Source of the DNA: an uncultured Streptococcus sp.
Lineage (GTDB): Bacteria > Bacillota > Bacilli > Lactobacillales > Streptococcaceae
DNA: 57,135 bases
NCBI GenBank assembly: GCA_963533645.1
Contig: CAUSQY010000001.1
Coordinates: forward strand, 1 to 57,135
Direction of reading: 5' to 3'
This document shows, one piece after another, positions 1-9,092 of this stretch. A program made the position numbers and the translations under genes. The number at the start of each line of letters is the position of its first letter. Position 1 is the first letter of the stretch. The notes under the pieces are model-generated. The model searched no databases. It was not told where the DNA came from and saw only the letters and a program-made list of their open reading frames with translations.

Positions 1-484
1 TCCCTGCCTTGTAGCGTGGGCGCTGAACCCCCACAAACTGAACCATGTCAACCAGCTCATCAATTCGGTACCACTTAGGCAGATAGTCCACCATATCAGC
101 TCCGATAATGAAGTAATAATCTGTGTCAGGATGTTGCTCGGTCAAAATCTTCATGGTGTCGTAGGTGTAGGAAATGCCCTTGCGCTCCAGCTCAATAGTT
201 TCAATGGCTAGGCCTTCGATCCCCTCAATCGCCAATTCAAGCATCTTGAGACGATGGTGTTCAGGGATGGTTTCTTTTTTGTCTACATGAGGTGGTTGGT
301 ATTCGGGCATAAGCAGGACCTGGTCCAGTCCCAACTGTTGTCGTACCTGGTCCGCCACAACAAGATGGGCATTGTGAACAGGGTTAAAATTCCCCCCTAA
401 AATTCCGACTTGTTTGCGTTTTTTCTCCTTGATTTCTGGCTCCAACTCTACCTTGGTAAAGGGAGTCAATAATTCGATTGCCAT
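1..484 (-). CDS. nadD: nicotinate-nucleotide adenylyltransferase (3' end outside window)
   Basis: Manual translation from ATG at 484: MAIELLTPFTKVELEPEIKEKKRKQVGILGGNFNPVHNAH, the GGxFNPxHxxH motif; follows yhbY as in the conserved yqeG-yqeH-yhbY-nadD operon. Confidence 0.95.
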   Translation of the reverse strand, partial: MAIELLTPFTKVELEPEIKEKKRKQVGILGGNFNPVHNAHLVVADQVRQQLGLDQVLLMPEYQPPHVDKKETIPEHHRLKMLELAIEGIEGLAIETIELERKGISYTYDTMKILTEQHPDTDYYFIIGADMVDYLPKWYRIDELVDMVQFVGVQRPRYKAG

Positions 485-535
485 AGGCTCGTCTTCCTTT
501 AATTCTCTGTAAAAACAGTTGTTTGGAGTAGGTGT

Positions 536-847
536 TTAGATTTCTTTAACTTTCTTGGAAATCTTGCGATTTTCTTTTTTGCTGGATTGTTTAAACAAAA
601 TCAAGATGCGTCCGATTTTTTGGACAGTATCCACACCAATTTCTTCTTCCAAGATTTCAGCTACTTCGTGGATGTTTTCATCTGTGTTTTGCAAGAGTGT
701 GACTTTAATCAATTCGCGGGCGTCAAGAGCTTGACGGATGCTGGTTTTTATTTGGTCGTTAAGTCCATTTTTCCCGATTTGGATGATGGGTTTGAGGGTG
801 TGTGCCTGGCTATTGAGGAAGGCACGTTGTTTCGATGTTAATGACAT
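536..847 (-). CDS. yhbY: YhbY/CRM-domain RNA-binding ribosome assembly protein
   Basis: LTSKQRAFL..AH.LKP.IQIGKNG..ELIKV..VQKIG motifs; operon context. Confidence 0.95.
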   Translation of the reverse strand: MSLTSKQRAFLNSQAHTLKPIIQIGKNGLNDQIKTSIRQALDARELIKVTLLQNTDENIHEVAEILEEEIGVDTVQKIGRILILFKQSSKKENRKISKKVKEI

Positions 848-857
848 GATTTCTTTA

Positions 858-1049
858 AAAGAGTTTCTTTTTATACTTTTCTAAAGTGGTGACGGACGTC
901 AGCAAAGTCCTTCGAACTTTCATGACTAAAATTTGAGCCTAAGGTCTCAAATTTTCCGCATTTGGTACAATCACTTGTACCAAATGACACCACGGCGAAA
1001 AGTATTCTCTAGGGGCTCGCAATGCTCGCCCGAATCCAGACAACTCTTT
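858..1049. repeat. MITE-like nested inverted-repeat intergenic element
   Basis: Outer IRs aaagagtt(858)/aactcttt(1049) and atacttttc..gtggtg/caccac..gaaaagtat (873-1005) enclose hairpins aaaatttgag..ctcaaatttt and catttggtacaa-tcac-ttgtaccaaatg. Confidence 0.55.
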
Positions 1050-1060
1050 CCTTTCTGTGT

Positions 1061-2167
1061 TTAAATAATGGCTTTTCGTGTGACGACGGCGACGCCTTCT
1101 GGTGCCCAGACGGCGACTTTGGCGGTGCCTGTTACGCGGATCCAGCCGAGTCCTGAGATGACTAGGTCTGTCTTGTCCTTGATGGTAAATACATGCTGGA
1201 CTAGTTTTGGAAAATCTTCTTTTTCTTTGCTATTTGGTGGTGTGAGAAGAGTTCCCAGATGCTTATCATAAAAGGCACTAGCGCCTTCTAGTTTGGTACG
1301 GTGGAGTTTGAGTTCATTATCAAAGAAGGCTGTAAAACCTTGCTTTTCTCCTGATATAAAGTCAAATCGTCCGAGACCACCTAGAAACAGGGTTTGCTCA
1401 GGGTTAAGCTGATAGGTTTTGGGCTTGATTTCCTTTTTAGGGCTGACATACTTGAGGTTTTTGGCCGTCAAGTAGTGGGCCATCTGGTGGCGGTGGATAA
1501 TCCCTGGTGTATCGTAAATATAAGATCCGTCGTCAAGCGGAATCTCAATCTTGTCTAAGGTTGTCCCTGGAAAGCGTGAAGTCGTGATGACATTCTGGTC
1601 ACCCGTGATTTCTTGGATAATAGCGTTGATAAGGGTTGACTTTCCAACGTTGGTCACACCGACCACGTATACATCACGGCCCTTACGGTAGTGTTCAATC
1701 TTGTCAATGACTTCCTTAATGGCATGCTTGTTTTGGGCTGAAGTCAGAACGACATCTACTGGACGAAGTCCTTCTTCGTGGGCACGTTCCATGAGCCACT
1801 GGCTAATCTTGCTCGGTTTAACAGACTTGGGCAGAATATCTTTTTTATTTCCGACCAAGAGGACATCATTACCCGATACAAAGCGTGGCAAGCCTGGGAT
1901 GACAGAGCCATTAAAGTCAAAGATATCAATGACATTGACCACTAAGGCATCACTGTCTCCCACCTCGTGCAAGAGCTTGAGGAAATCATCGTCCGTCAAC
2001 TGGACATCCGTGATTTCATTGTAGTGGCGGAGACGGAAACAGCGTTGGCAATAGACTTCGCCAGTCTCCAAACCTTTTTCAAGTGCCGACTGGGGAGTAA
2101 AACCAAGACCAGCCTTGTCTGTCGTCTGAATGGTTGCTCCACAACCAATACAGAGAATTTCTTCCAT
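1061..2167 (-). CDS. yqeH: ribosome biogenesis GTPase YqeH
   Basis: N-terminal CxGCG..CQRC zinc finger; circularly permuted GTPase motifs NKKD, GVTNVGKS, PGTT, DTPG. Confidence 0.97.
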   Translation of the reverse strand: MEEILCIGCGATIQTTDKAGLGFTPQSALEKGLETGEVYCQRCFRLRHYNEITDVQLTDDDFLKLLHEVGDSDALVVNVIDIFDFNGSVIPGLPRFVSGNDVLLVGNKKDILPKSVKPSKISQWLMERAHEEGLRPVDVVLTSAQNKHAIKEVIDKIEHYRKGRDVYVVGVTNVGKSTLINAIIQEITGDQNVITTSRFPGTTLDKIEIPLDDGSYIYDTPGIIHRHQMAHYLTAKNLKYVSPKKEIKPKTYQLNPEQTLFLGGLGRFDFISGEKQGFTAFFDNELKLHRTKLEGASAFYDKHLGTLLTPPNSKEKEDFPKLVQHVFTIKDKTDLVISGLGWIRVTGTAKVAVWAPEGVAVVTRKAII

Positions 2168-2169
2168 AG

Positions 2170-2697
2170 TTAAATTCCTTTTTTATATGTAATCGGTCCG
2201 TACTTTTCAGTAATTTGCTTCATGACACGGCGCTCGCGAGCTCGGTTAATCTGCGTTTTGATCGAGTCATGTTGGACTAAAGGTTTGACTAATATTGAGC
2301 GAATGCCTGCACGATGGGCTGCACGAATATCCGTCATGAGTTGGTCGCCGACCATGACAACTTCATTTTTTTCATAGTGAAATTCCTTCATGGCACGGTC
2401 AATCCCAAAAGTGAAAGGTTTCAAGGCCCAATAAACGTAATCAATCCCAAATTGCTCAACTGCGCGTTGAACCCGTTTTTTGGTATTATTTGAGACCACG
2501 ATGATGCGAATGCCCGCGTCACGGAGATCATGTAGCCATTGCTTCATCTCTGGTGTCCCATCAGGGTTGTTCCAAGCAATGAGGGTATTGTCCAAATCGA
2601 CCAAAACAGCCTTGATTCCCTGCGCCTGCAGGCTTGGGACTGTCAGATCATAGACTGCTTCCACAGCAAAATCTGGCATATAGTTTTCAATCGCCAT
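2170..2697 (-). CDS. yqeG: YqeG-family HAD IIIA phosphatase
   Basis: DLDNTL, SNN, KP and GDQLMTD motifs; upstream of yqeH. Confidence 0.93.
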   Translation of the reverse strand: MAIENYMPDFAVEAVYDLTVPSLQAQGIKAVLVDLDNTLIAWNNPDGTPEMKQWLHDLRDAGIRIIVVSNNTKKRVQRAVEQFGIDYVYWALKPFTFGIDRAMKEFHYEKNEVVMVGDQLMTDIRAAHRAGIRSILVKPLVQHDSIKTQINRARERRVMKQITEKYGPITYKKGI

Positions 2698-2711
2698 TCT
2701 GGCTCCTTTTC

Positions 2712-3620
2712 TTAACTATTTTTCGCAATTTTTCTTAAAATCAATGACAAAACCAGCCATAAGATCGCACTAGCCAAGCTGATGTAGACCCAAGCATAGG
2801 GCTCGTCTGTGAAGGGGAGGGGAACATTCATCCCGAAAAAACCCGTCACTACTGCCAAGACTGCTAGTAAAACTGAAATAATGGTCAAGGTTGTCAAGTT
2901 ATCATTCAGGTTATTATTCAGAATGTTGTTGTAAGAGGCTGATAGTTGTTGGAGAACTTGAGAAATCAAGTCTGTCATGGATACCAGCTGATGAGCCTCA
3001 ATCATGGCATCATCAAACTGTTCTCTCTCAACCTCGTTAAATCTGCGATAAAGGGCATGTCCTTGGATATGTTCTAGCAACATGCGATTTTGCTTGGCAG
3101 CCGCTGTCAGATAGACCATACCAGTCTCCAAGTCGGAAAGAGCAAAGAGGTTTTTCTTAGTCGTTCGCTGACGCAAGAGGCCGTTGACCTCATCCTTACT
3201 CTTGTCCATCTGTTCGATGACAGGATAGTAGGCATTGCTGATGATTTCCAGACTAGCAAAGAGAAATTTGTAGATAGAAAGCATATCATGACTCTCTAAA
3301 TAACGTGTCATCTGTTCAATCACATAGGCATTTTTCTTATTGCTAATCGTAATCAAGCGCTGATGTTCTACGATAAAGGTCATGGGAAAGGCTTCATAGT
3401 ATTCCTTATCCTTTTTCAAATCCAATACATTGTAGATAAAGGTGACGGTTCCACTTTCGCGGTGATAGTCCATGTGGGCACGCTCGTTTCTATCCAGTGC
3501 GTATTCGATGGTTTCCTTGTCCAATCCATAGATTTCAGAGAGATCTTCTAGTTTTTTCAATTTTCCCAAATCTAGGTTAATCCAAGTGCATCCATTGCCC
3601 AACTGCTTTTCTACAAACAT
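2712..3620 (-). CDS. corA: CorA-family divalent cation (Mg2+) transporter
   Basis: C-terminal GFFGMNV signature and two TM helices. Confidence 0.9.
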   Translation of the reverse strand: MFVEKQLGNGCTWINLDLGKLKKLEDLSEIYGLDKETIEYALDRNERAHMDYHRESGTVTFIYNVLDLKKDKEYYEAFPMTFIVEHQRLITISNKKNAYVIEQMTRYLESHDMLSIYKFLFASLEIISNAYYPVIEQMDKSKDEVNGLLRQRTTKKNLFALSDLETGMVYLTAAAKQNRMLLEHIQGHALYRRFNEVEREQFDDAMIEAHQLVSMTDLISQVLQQLSASYNNILNNNLNDNLTTLTIISVLLAVLAVVTGFFGMNVPLPFTDEPYAWVYISLASAILWLVLSLILRKIAKNS

Positions 3621-3677
3621 GTTTTCTCCTTTACCAAACTCTTTCTATTGTACCACAAATCTGCCAAAATAGCAGAC

Positions 3678-4238
3678 CTACTCTGTGCGGGAAAAGTTGC
3701 TGACAACAGTGATATTTCGGTTAGGAACAAAGTGAAGGGCTTGATCGTCACCTCGGAGTTGCGTTGTACGGATTCCTACGCTAACGACCTTTCCAGAAAC
3801 GGTAATCGGTCCATTTGTGAGAACGACTTCATCACCCACATCAAGCTGGCGTTCAAAAAGGATGAAGAAGCCATTAATGACATCGGATAGAAAGCCTTGC
3901 GCCCCCATACCAATGGCCACCCCAGCAATCCCTGCACCAGCAAGGAGACTAGAAACCGGCAAACCTAAAATAGACAGGATACAGTAGAGCAAAAAGAAAT
4001 AAAGAATGTAGTTAAAGACATTCTCTAGCAAACGCGAGATGGTCTTTTGCCTTCCTGCATCTCGATTTGAAAATTTAAGTGAGGGCTTGACAATCTTTCG
4101 GACAGTCGCATGAAGCATCTTTTTAGCTATATAAAATAGTAAAAACAAAATCAAAAGAGAGATCACCTTGGTCAAGAGATTCTCTAACATGGTTGTTAAG
4201 TCAAGTCTATCAAAATAGCGTTGAAAAAAATCTTGCAT
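3678..4238 (-). CDS. MscS-family small mechanosensitive channel
   Basis: GIAGVAIGMGAQGFLSDVINGFFIL..VGD..G.V..VGIRTT motif; ATG at 4238 after AAGGAG RBS. Confidence 0.9.
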   Translation of the reverse strand: MQDFFQRYFDRLDLTTMLENLLTKVISLLILFLLFYIAKKMLHATVRKIVKPSLKFSNRDAGRQKTISRLLENVFNYILYFFLLYCILSILGLPVSSLLAGAGIAGVAIGMGAQGFLSDVINGFFILFERQLDVGDEVVLTNGPITVSGKVVSVGIRTTQLRGDDQALHFVPNRNITVVSNFSRTE

Positions 4239-4256
4239 ATAAAACTCCTTTTTCCT

Positions 4257-4265
4257 ATTATACCA
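4257..4265 (-). promoter_or_regulatory. extended -10 promoter (TGGTATAAT) for mscS
   Basis: Perfect TGnTATAAT just upstream of the RBS. Confidence 0.7.
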
Positions 4266-4329
4266 TAAAATCGTCCTTCTCTTTTCTTTCATAATTATTC
4301 AATTATCGGCCCTATTTTCAAAATATCAC

Positions 4330-4358
4330 TTGCCTCTATAGCATATTTATACTATAAT
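4330..4358 (+). promoter_or_regulatory. sigma-A promoter for sstT
   Basis: TTGCCT-17nt-TATAAT. Confidence 0.7.
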
Positions 4359-4387
4359 TATAAACAATACATTTGAAGGAGACTGCT

Positions 4388-5599
4388 ATGAAACGAATCA
4401 TTAGAGCCTGGACCAAGGCAAGCCTCATCAAACGAATCCTTATTGGAATGATTTTTGGAGCGACATTGGGGATGCTCTTTCCAAACCTTACAGGAATTGG
4501 TCTGCTTGGAGATCTCTTTGTAGGCGGACTGAAAGCCATCGCTCCTATTCTAGTTTTTGCTCTTGTTGCCAATGCTCTTTCCCAGCACCAAAAGGGACAA
4601 AACACCAATATGAAGACGGTTATTTTCCTATACTTGCTCGGAACCTTTGCTGCTGCATTGATGGCCGTTCTAGCTAGTTTCTTACTGCCTGTTCAAATCA
4701 CCCTGACCAGTGCAAATACTGAAGTTGCTGCTCCTGACGGCATCGGTCAAGTCCTCAGCAACCTCTTGCTCAAACTGGTGGACAATCCCTTAAATGCCAT
4801 TGTTGAAGCCAATTATATCGGAATTCTCTCTTGGGCAGTCGTCTTTGGTCTGGCTATGAGAGAGGCAAGTAAACATAGTAAAGAATTGCTGAAAACCATG
4901 GCGGATGTCACCTCTAAAATCGTGGAATGGATTATCAATCTAGCTCCCTTTGGAATTTTAGGTTTGGTGTTTAAGACCATCTCAGACAAGGGCATTGCCA
5001 GTCTGGCAAACTACGGTGTCCTCCTAGGACTTTTGATTGCTACCATGGCCTTTGTAGCTCTCATCGTCAACCCGCTCATCGCCTTTCTCTTTATGAGGAA
5101 AAATCCCTATCCCCTTGTTTTGAAATGCCTACGTGTCAGTGGTATTACAGCCTTCTTCACTCGTAGCTCTGCTGCAAATATCCCTGTCAATATGAAACTC
5201 TGCCAAGACTTGGGACTGAATCCTGACACCTACTCTGTCTCTATCCCGCTTGGTTCGACCATCAATATGGCTGGCGCTGCCGTTACCATAAATGTCCTGA
5301 CTCTGGCTGCGGTCAATACACTCGGAATCTCGGTAGACTTTGGGACAGCATTTGTACTCAGTGTAGTGGCTGCCATTTCTGCCTGCGGTGCCTCTGGAAT
5401 CGCTGGGGGATCCCTTCTCCTCATTCCTGTCGCTTGTAGCCTCTTTGGGATTTCAAATGACTTGGCTATGCAGGTTGTCGGAGTCGGTTTTGTGATTGGG
5501 GTCGTTCAAGACTCCTGCGAAACAGCCCTGAACTCTTCAACAGATGTCCTCTTTACAGCGGTTGCTGAGTATGCTACAAACCGAAAAATTCGTCCCTAG
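4388..5599 (+). CDS. sstT: serine/threonine:Na+ symporter (DAACS family)
   Basis: [53 protein letters not shown] motifs; ATG at 4388 after AAGGAG. Confidence 0.93.
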   Translation: MKRIIRAWTKASLIKRILIGMIFGATLGMLFPNLTGIGLLGDLFVGGLKAIAPILVFALVANALSQHQKGQNTNMKTVIFLYLLGTFAAALMAVLASFLLPVQITLTSANTEVAAPDGIGQVLSNLLLKLVDNPLNAIVEANYIGILSWAVVFGLAMREASKHSKELLKTMADVTSKIVEWIINLAPFGILGLVFKTISDKGIASLANYGVLLGLLIATMAFVALIVNPLIAFLFMRKNPYPLVLKCLRVSGITAFFTRSSAANIPVNMKLCQDLGLNPDTYSVSIPLGSTINMAGAAVTINVLTLAAVNTLGISVDFGTAFVLSVVAAISACGASGIAGGSLLLIPVACSLFGISNDLAMQVVGVGFVIGVVQDSCETALNSSTDVLFTAVAEYATNRKIRP

Positions 5600-5648
5600 T
5601 CTCTGACTCCTCGTTAAACACTCGATTCTATTAGTTTAGGAAATTTTC

Positions 5649-6602
5649 ATGTCCCTCACTCAACGTACAACAAAACTGATCTTAGCGACCTGTCTCGCTT
5701 GTTTTCTCGCTTATTTTTTAGATTTATCATCAGCAGTTTCAGCTGGAATTATCGCCCTCTTAAGCCTATCTGACACACGCAGAAGCACGCTGAAATTAGC
5801 ACGCAACCGCCTCTTTTCCATGCTCCTAGCGCTCGCTATCGGCGTTCTAGCCTTTCAGCTGACAGGCTTTCACATCTGGAGCCTGGGCCTTTATCTGGCT
5901 CTCTACGTCCCTCTTGCTTACAAAATGGGTTGGGAAATCGGCATCACACCTAGCAGTGTCTTGGTCGGTCATCTCTTGGTACAGGAGTCTACCTCCCCAG
6001 ATCTCTTGCTCAATGAAGTGCTCCTCTTTCTCATCGGGACAAGCTTTGCTCTGTTGGTCAACCTTTACATGCCCTCTCGTGAGAAAGCCATTCAAAGTTA
6101 CCACCTTCAAGTCGAAGAAAAGTTAAAAGACATCCTGCTTCGCTTTAAATACTATCTGTCAAGAGGAGACGGGCGCAACCAAGCCCAACTCGTTGACCAA
6201 TTAGACAAGCTCCTCGATGAAGCCCTCAAACTGGTCTATTTGGACCACTCGGATCATCTCTTTCACCAGACGGACTACCACATCCACTACTTTGAGATGA
6301 GACAGCGACAAAGTCGCATCCTGCGAAATATGGCCCAGCAGATTAATACCTGTCATCTGGCCGCAAGTGAAAGTTTGATCTTGGCCCAGCTCTTTTCTAA
6401 GATTGCTACCCAGCTAAGTCAGATCAATCCTGCTCATGACCTACTTGATGACATCGAACGCTATCTGCAATTCTTCCGCAATCGGAGTCTCCCGAAAACA
6501 CGTGAGGAGTTTGAAACCCGTGCCACCCTCCTGCAGCTACTACGCGAAGCCGAAACCTTTATCCAAGTCAAGGTCGATTTTTACCAAAAATATGGAAACT
6601 AG
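5649..6602 (+). CDS. aromatic acid exporter family (DUF939/ArAE_1) membrane protein
   Basis: N-terminal TM bundle with SAGIIALLS; C-terminal YFEMR and LPKTREEFETRA.L motifs. Confidence 0.85.
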   Translation: MSLTQRTTKLILATCLACFLAYFLDLSSAVSAGIIALLSLSDTRRSTLKLARNRLFSMLLALAIGVLAFQLTGFHIWSLGLYLALYVPLAYKMGWEIGITPSSVLVGHLLVQESTSPDLLLNEVLLFLIGTSFALLVNLYMPSREKAIQSYHLQVEEKLKDILLRFKYYLSRGDGRNQAQLVDQLDKLLDEALKLVYLDHSDHLFHQTDYHIHYFEMRQRQSRILRNMAQQINTCHLAASESLILAQLFSKIATQLSQINPAHDLLDDIERYLQFFRNRSLPKTREEFETRATLLQLLREAETFIQVKVDFYQKYGN

Positions 6603-6607
6603 AACGC

Positions 6608-6640
6608 AAAGAACCTCAGAGAATTCCTCTGAGATTCTTT
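6608..6640. terminator. bidirectional Rho-independent terminator
   Basis: aaagaacctcagag-aattc-ctctgagattcttt hairpin between convergent genes. Confidence 0.75.
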
Positions 6641-6703
6641 TGTTTTGCATTTGGAAGAGAGTTTTATTCCCTCACACTGTTCTCAAAAAAGAAATAGCAA
6701 CTC

Positions 6704-7246
6704 CTAGTCGTCCATCACACCACCTGTCAGCCGGTACATGAGGTAGATGTGCTCCAAGGCTTTTACCTTATCCATGTGGTCTACATCTTTAAAGCCTCCT
6801 AATGCTAGAAGTGGAACAAAACCGAAACATTCATCGTAGGCTAGCTGACTATGTTTGGCAACAGCTTTTTTATAGAGTGGGATATCAAAATAATCATCTT
6901 TGAAATCTTCATCATCAACATACTCTATGAAACGATCCATACGCTTAATCATAATATCTAAATCCTGAATATTATATTGGACAATTCCCACGTAAGCATT
7001 CTTTTCCCAAGTAATAATATCTCCAAATGCTGTTACGAACATAGGAAAAGCGACATCTCCTCTGAAATAGCTATCTTGGAGAAGTTCAAGATAGTCATCT
7101 GGATTAATGACTTTTAGATAACCATCAAGAAAAGTTCCTAGACCATCCTCCTGCCAAATTTGAACCAACTCAGCAGGAACTTGATCCTTATATTTTTCAA
7201 TAACTTCTTGGGGCATATCTGCTACTTTGACAAAATCTTTTAACAT
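6704..7246 (-). CDS. GAD-like / DUF1851 (Tdi1-type) immunity protein
   Basis: YKD.VP.EL..IW...G.G....GYLKVINP.DY, F.TAFGDI..W and L..DECFGFVPLLALGG motifs typical of GAD-like + Tdi1 C-terminal domain. Confidence 0.8.
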   Translation of the reverse strand: MLKDFVKVADMPQEVIEKYKDQVPAELVQIWQEDGLGTFLDGYLKVINPDDYLELLQDSYFRGDVAFPMFVTAFGDIITWEKNAYVGIVQYNIQDLDIMIKRMDRFIEYVDDEDFKDDYFDIPLYKKAVAKHSQLAYDECFGFVPLLALGGFKDVDHMDKVKALEHIYLMYRLTGGVMDD

Positions 7247-7249
7247 CTA

Positions 7250-7726
7250 TTAATCCTCTGCTGCAATCTTCATAAAAGCCTGTTTAAAGTCTTCGTACAT
7301 CTCAAAAGCAACTTTCATGACATTTTCAAAGTCATCATAATTAGCAATCACTGGATCCATGATTCTATAGTCCGGAGAGATGAGTCTCCTAGAAAACTCC
7401 ATCAGTGGAGTCCCTAGTATAACTTTGTTTTGAGAGTCCCTAACAACCCATATCAATTCTACTAATCCTTTAAAGATACTAATATGGAATCCAAAAGTAT
7501 AACCATTTTCTTTAATAGGTTCAATATAAAAGAATTTTTCACGCCCATCAAATTTAACTCGATGCCCTAAATCTTCGAAAACGTCAAATATCAACTCGCC
7601 TGTAATAATATTTAAGCGTTTTTCTTTAGGCGTTCTATCTAAGCTAAATTTATCTGAAAGTTCCTTATATCGCTCCACAAAATCTATAGCTTGCAAAGCC
7701 TGTTCAACTCTGCTGTCTAAATTCAT
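7250..7726 (-). CDS. hypothetical soluble protein, putative toxin immunity protein
   Basis: 158-aa ORF with AAGGAG RBS; function inferred from array context and a toxin-like tail immediately upstream. Confidence 0.55.
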   Translation of the reverse strand: MNLDSRVEQALQAIDFVERYKELSDKFSLDRTPKEKRLNIITGELIFDVFEDLGHRVKFDGREKFFYIEPIKENGYTFGFHISIFKGLVELIWVVRDSQNKVILGTPLMEFSRRLISPDYRIMDPVIANYDDFENVMKVAFEMYEDFKQAFMKIAAED

Positions 7727-7747
7727 CTCTCCACTCCTTTGTAAATC

Positions 7748-7837
7748 TTAGTTCAACTCCGTATTCTTTGGCAATCTTCTTATATTTTCAATCACTTCTT
7801 GGGGCATATCAGCCACTTTGACAAAGTTTTCTAACAT
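7748..7837 (-). pseudogene. 5' fragment of a second GAD-like immunity gene fused to unrelated sequence
   Basis: MLENFVKVADMPQEVIE.. after GGAGG RBS; 7779-7837 closely matches 7187-7246, then frameshifts and diverges. Confidence 0.8.
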
Positions 7838-7907
7838 TTTATCCTCCATTTCTCGATAACAGTAATGCTCGAAAAATCACATTTTTCAAAATGTAATCAA
7901 GCTTACT

Positions 7908-8393
7908 CTACTTTTGATTATGTTCCTGCTGGAAGGCTTCCATGGCCTTGAACTGTTCTAGTTCTTTTTCGTTAGCTGGTTGCTTGCCGAGGTATTTGTA
8001 TTCAAATAAATCCATTCGAGCACTTGGACCAAAACCACTTTCCAACCATGGTGCGTAGTCAAAGTCTACTGATAACTTATTATTTCCATCTAAGTGAATA
8101 ATACAAGAATACCAATCTGCTAACTCATTATCCATGAAGACTTTTTTTAATTCCTGAGCTTTTTCAAACAAAACATCATACTCCTTATCAAATAAATCAC
8201 TTGACAGCGAGTATAGCTCTGGAATATCTAAAAAGTATTGATACTCATTCAAAATCTTATAAAAGAAGTAAATCCCTCCACTCAAAGTTCTATCTAATTC
8301 AATATTAATATACAAATCATCCCACTCAACTGGAATCATATCGTTGACTTGATGCACAATTTCGATAATTTTTTCATTAATCTGTTTTTCCAT
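7908..8393 (-). CDS. DUF600/TIGR01741 (EsaG/YezG-like) immunity protein, copy A
   Basis: I...V.DMIPVEWD.LY, W..C.I, DFDY.PW, F.YKYLG..P..E.E motifs; 161 aa from ATG 8393 after GGAGG. Confidence 0.85.
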   Translation of the reverse strand: MEKQINEKIIEIVHQVNDMIPVEWDDLYINIELDRTLSGGIYFFYKILNEYQYFLDIPELYSLSSDLFDKEYDVLFEKAQELKKVFMDNELADWYSCIIHLDGNNKLSVDFDYAPWLESGFGPSARMDLFEYKYLGKQPANEKELEQFKAMEAFQQEHNQK

Positions 8394-8435
8394 ATTTTCC
8401 TCCAATTCATTCTATTATTGTTACGCTACAATCCT

Positions 8436-8444
8436 AGTATACCA
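8436..8444 (-). promoter_or_regulatory. extended -10 (TGGTATACT), internal promoter of the array
   Basis: TGnTATACT about 40 nt upstream of DUF600 copy A; same motif at 11691-11699. Confidence 0.6.
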
Positions 8445-8473
8445 CAAAGAATGCTTCCCACGTTTTCCTAGCT

Positions 8474-8495
8474 AAAAACCACCCTTGGGGTGGTT
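8474..8495 (-). terminator. Rho-independent terminator
   Basis: aaccaccc-loop-gggtggtt hairpin followed by a U-run on the minus strand. Confidence 0.7.
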
Positions 8496-8548
8496 AAGTC
8501 ACAATCAGTTTTCTCCCTAAATTCGTCAGTTATCAAGAAAGAAACTAT

Positions 8549-9028
8549 TTATAAAAGTATATCTTGAGGACCAATCTCAGACAATACGCCGTTGGTAAAT
8601 TTTATCCCTAGTCCGTTATCCTTGTCCCAATCACAATCACATAAAAAACCAACTTCTTCAACATTTTCATCAAAAGTTAAAGGAAACATCATTTGTTTGG
8701 GTTTCAACAGAGAAAAAATTTCTTCTTCATTTCCAATTTTATCTAAAAAGTATTGTTTTTCACTGCTATCGGTATAACCAGAAACAATCTCTGAGATTTC
8801 GTTATGATAGTAAGATACAACAGCAGCATTCGCTTCCTTTATCATTTCCTCTTGATGTTCCTTAAAAAAGACATAGGCTCTTTCTTGATTGACTTCAAAT
8901 TTTCCATCATCATCTGCATCAATAATCATTTCTAAAACATACTGCTCACCAAAAATAGTGACGGTAAGTTCTCGAGTCCAACCATAATTAAATGTTAGTT
9001 TACCAAAAATGTGATGATTCAATTCCAT
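8549..9028 (-). CDS. acidic hypothetical protein, DUF6985/DUF2004-like putative immunity protein
   Basis: FG.L.FNYGW N-terminus; C-terminal GFLCDCDWD.DNGLGIKF..G....IG.QDIL; family recognised from memory. Confidence 0.6.
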   Translation of the reverse strand: MELNHHIFGKLTFNYGWTRELTVTIFGEQYVLEMIIDADDDGKFEVNQERAYVFFKEHQEEMIKEANAAVVSYYHNEISEIVSGYTDSSEKQYFLDKIGNEEEIFSLLKPKQMMFPLTFDENVEEVGFLCDCDWDKDNGLGIKFTNGVLSEIGPQDILL

Positions 9029-9092
9029 TATTTACAACTGCCTCTCTAGAATCCTAATATATTTTATTGCTCTGTTTAGAACTCCAATTCCC

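Noticed and set aside
4290..4330. CodY box upstream of sstT
   Set aside because: Best match has about four mismatches to AATTTTCWGAAAATT in AT-rich DNA
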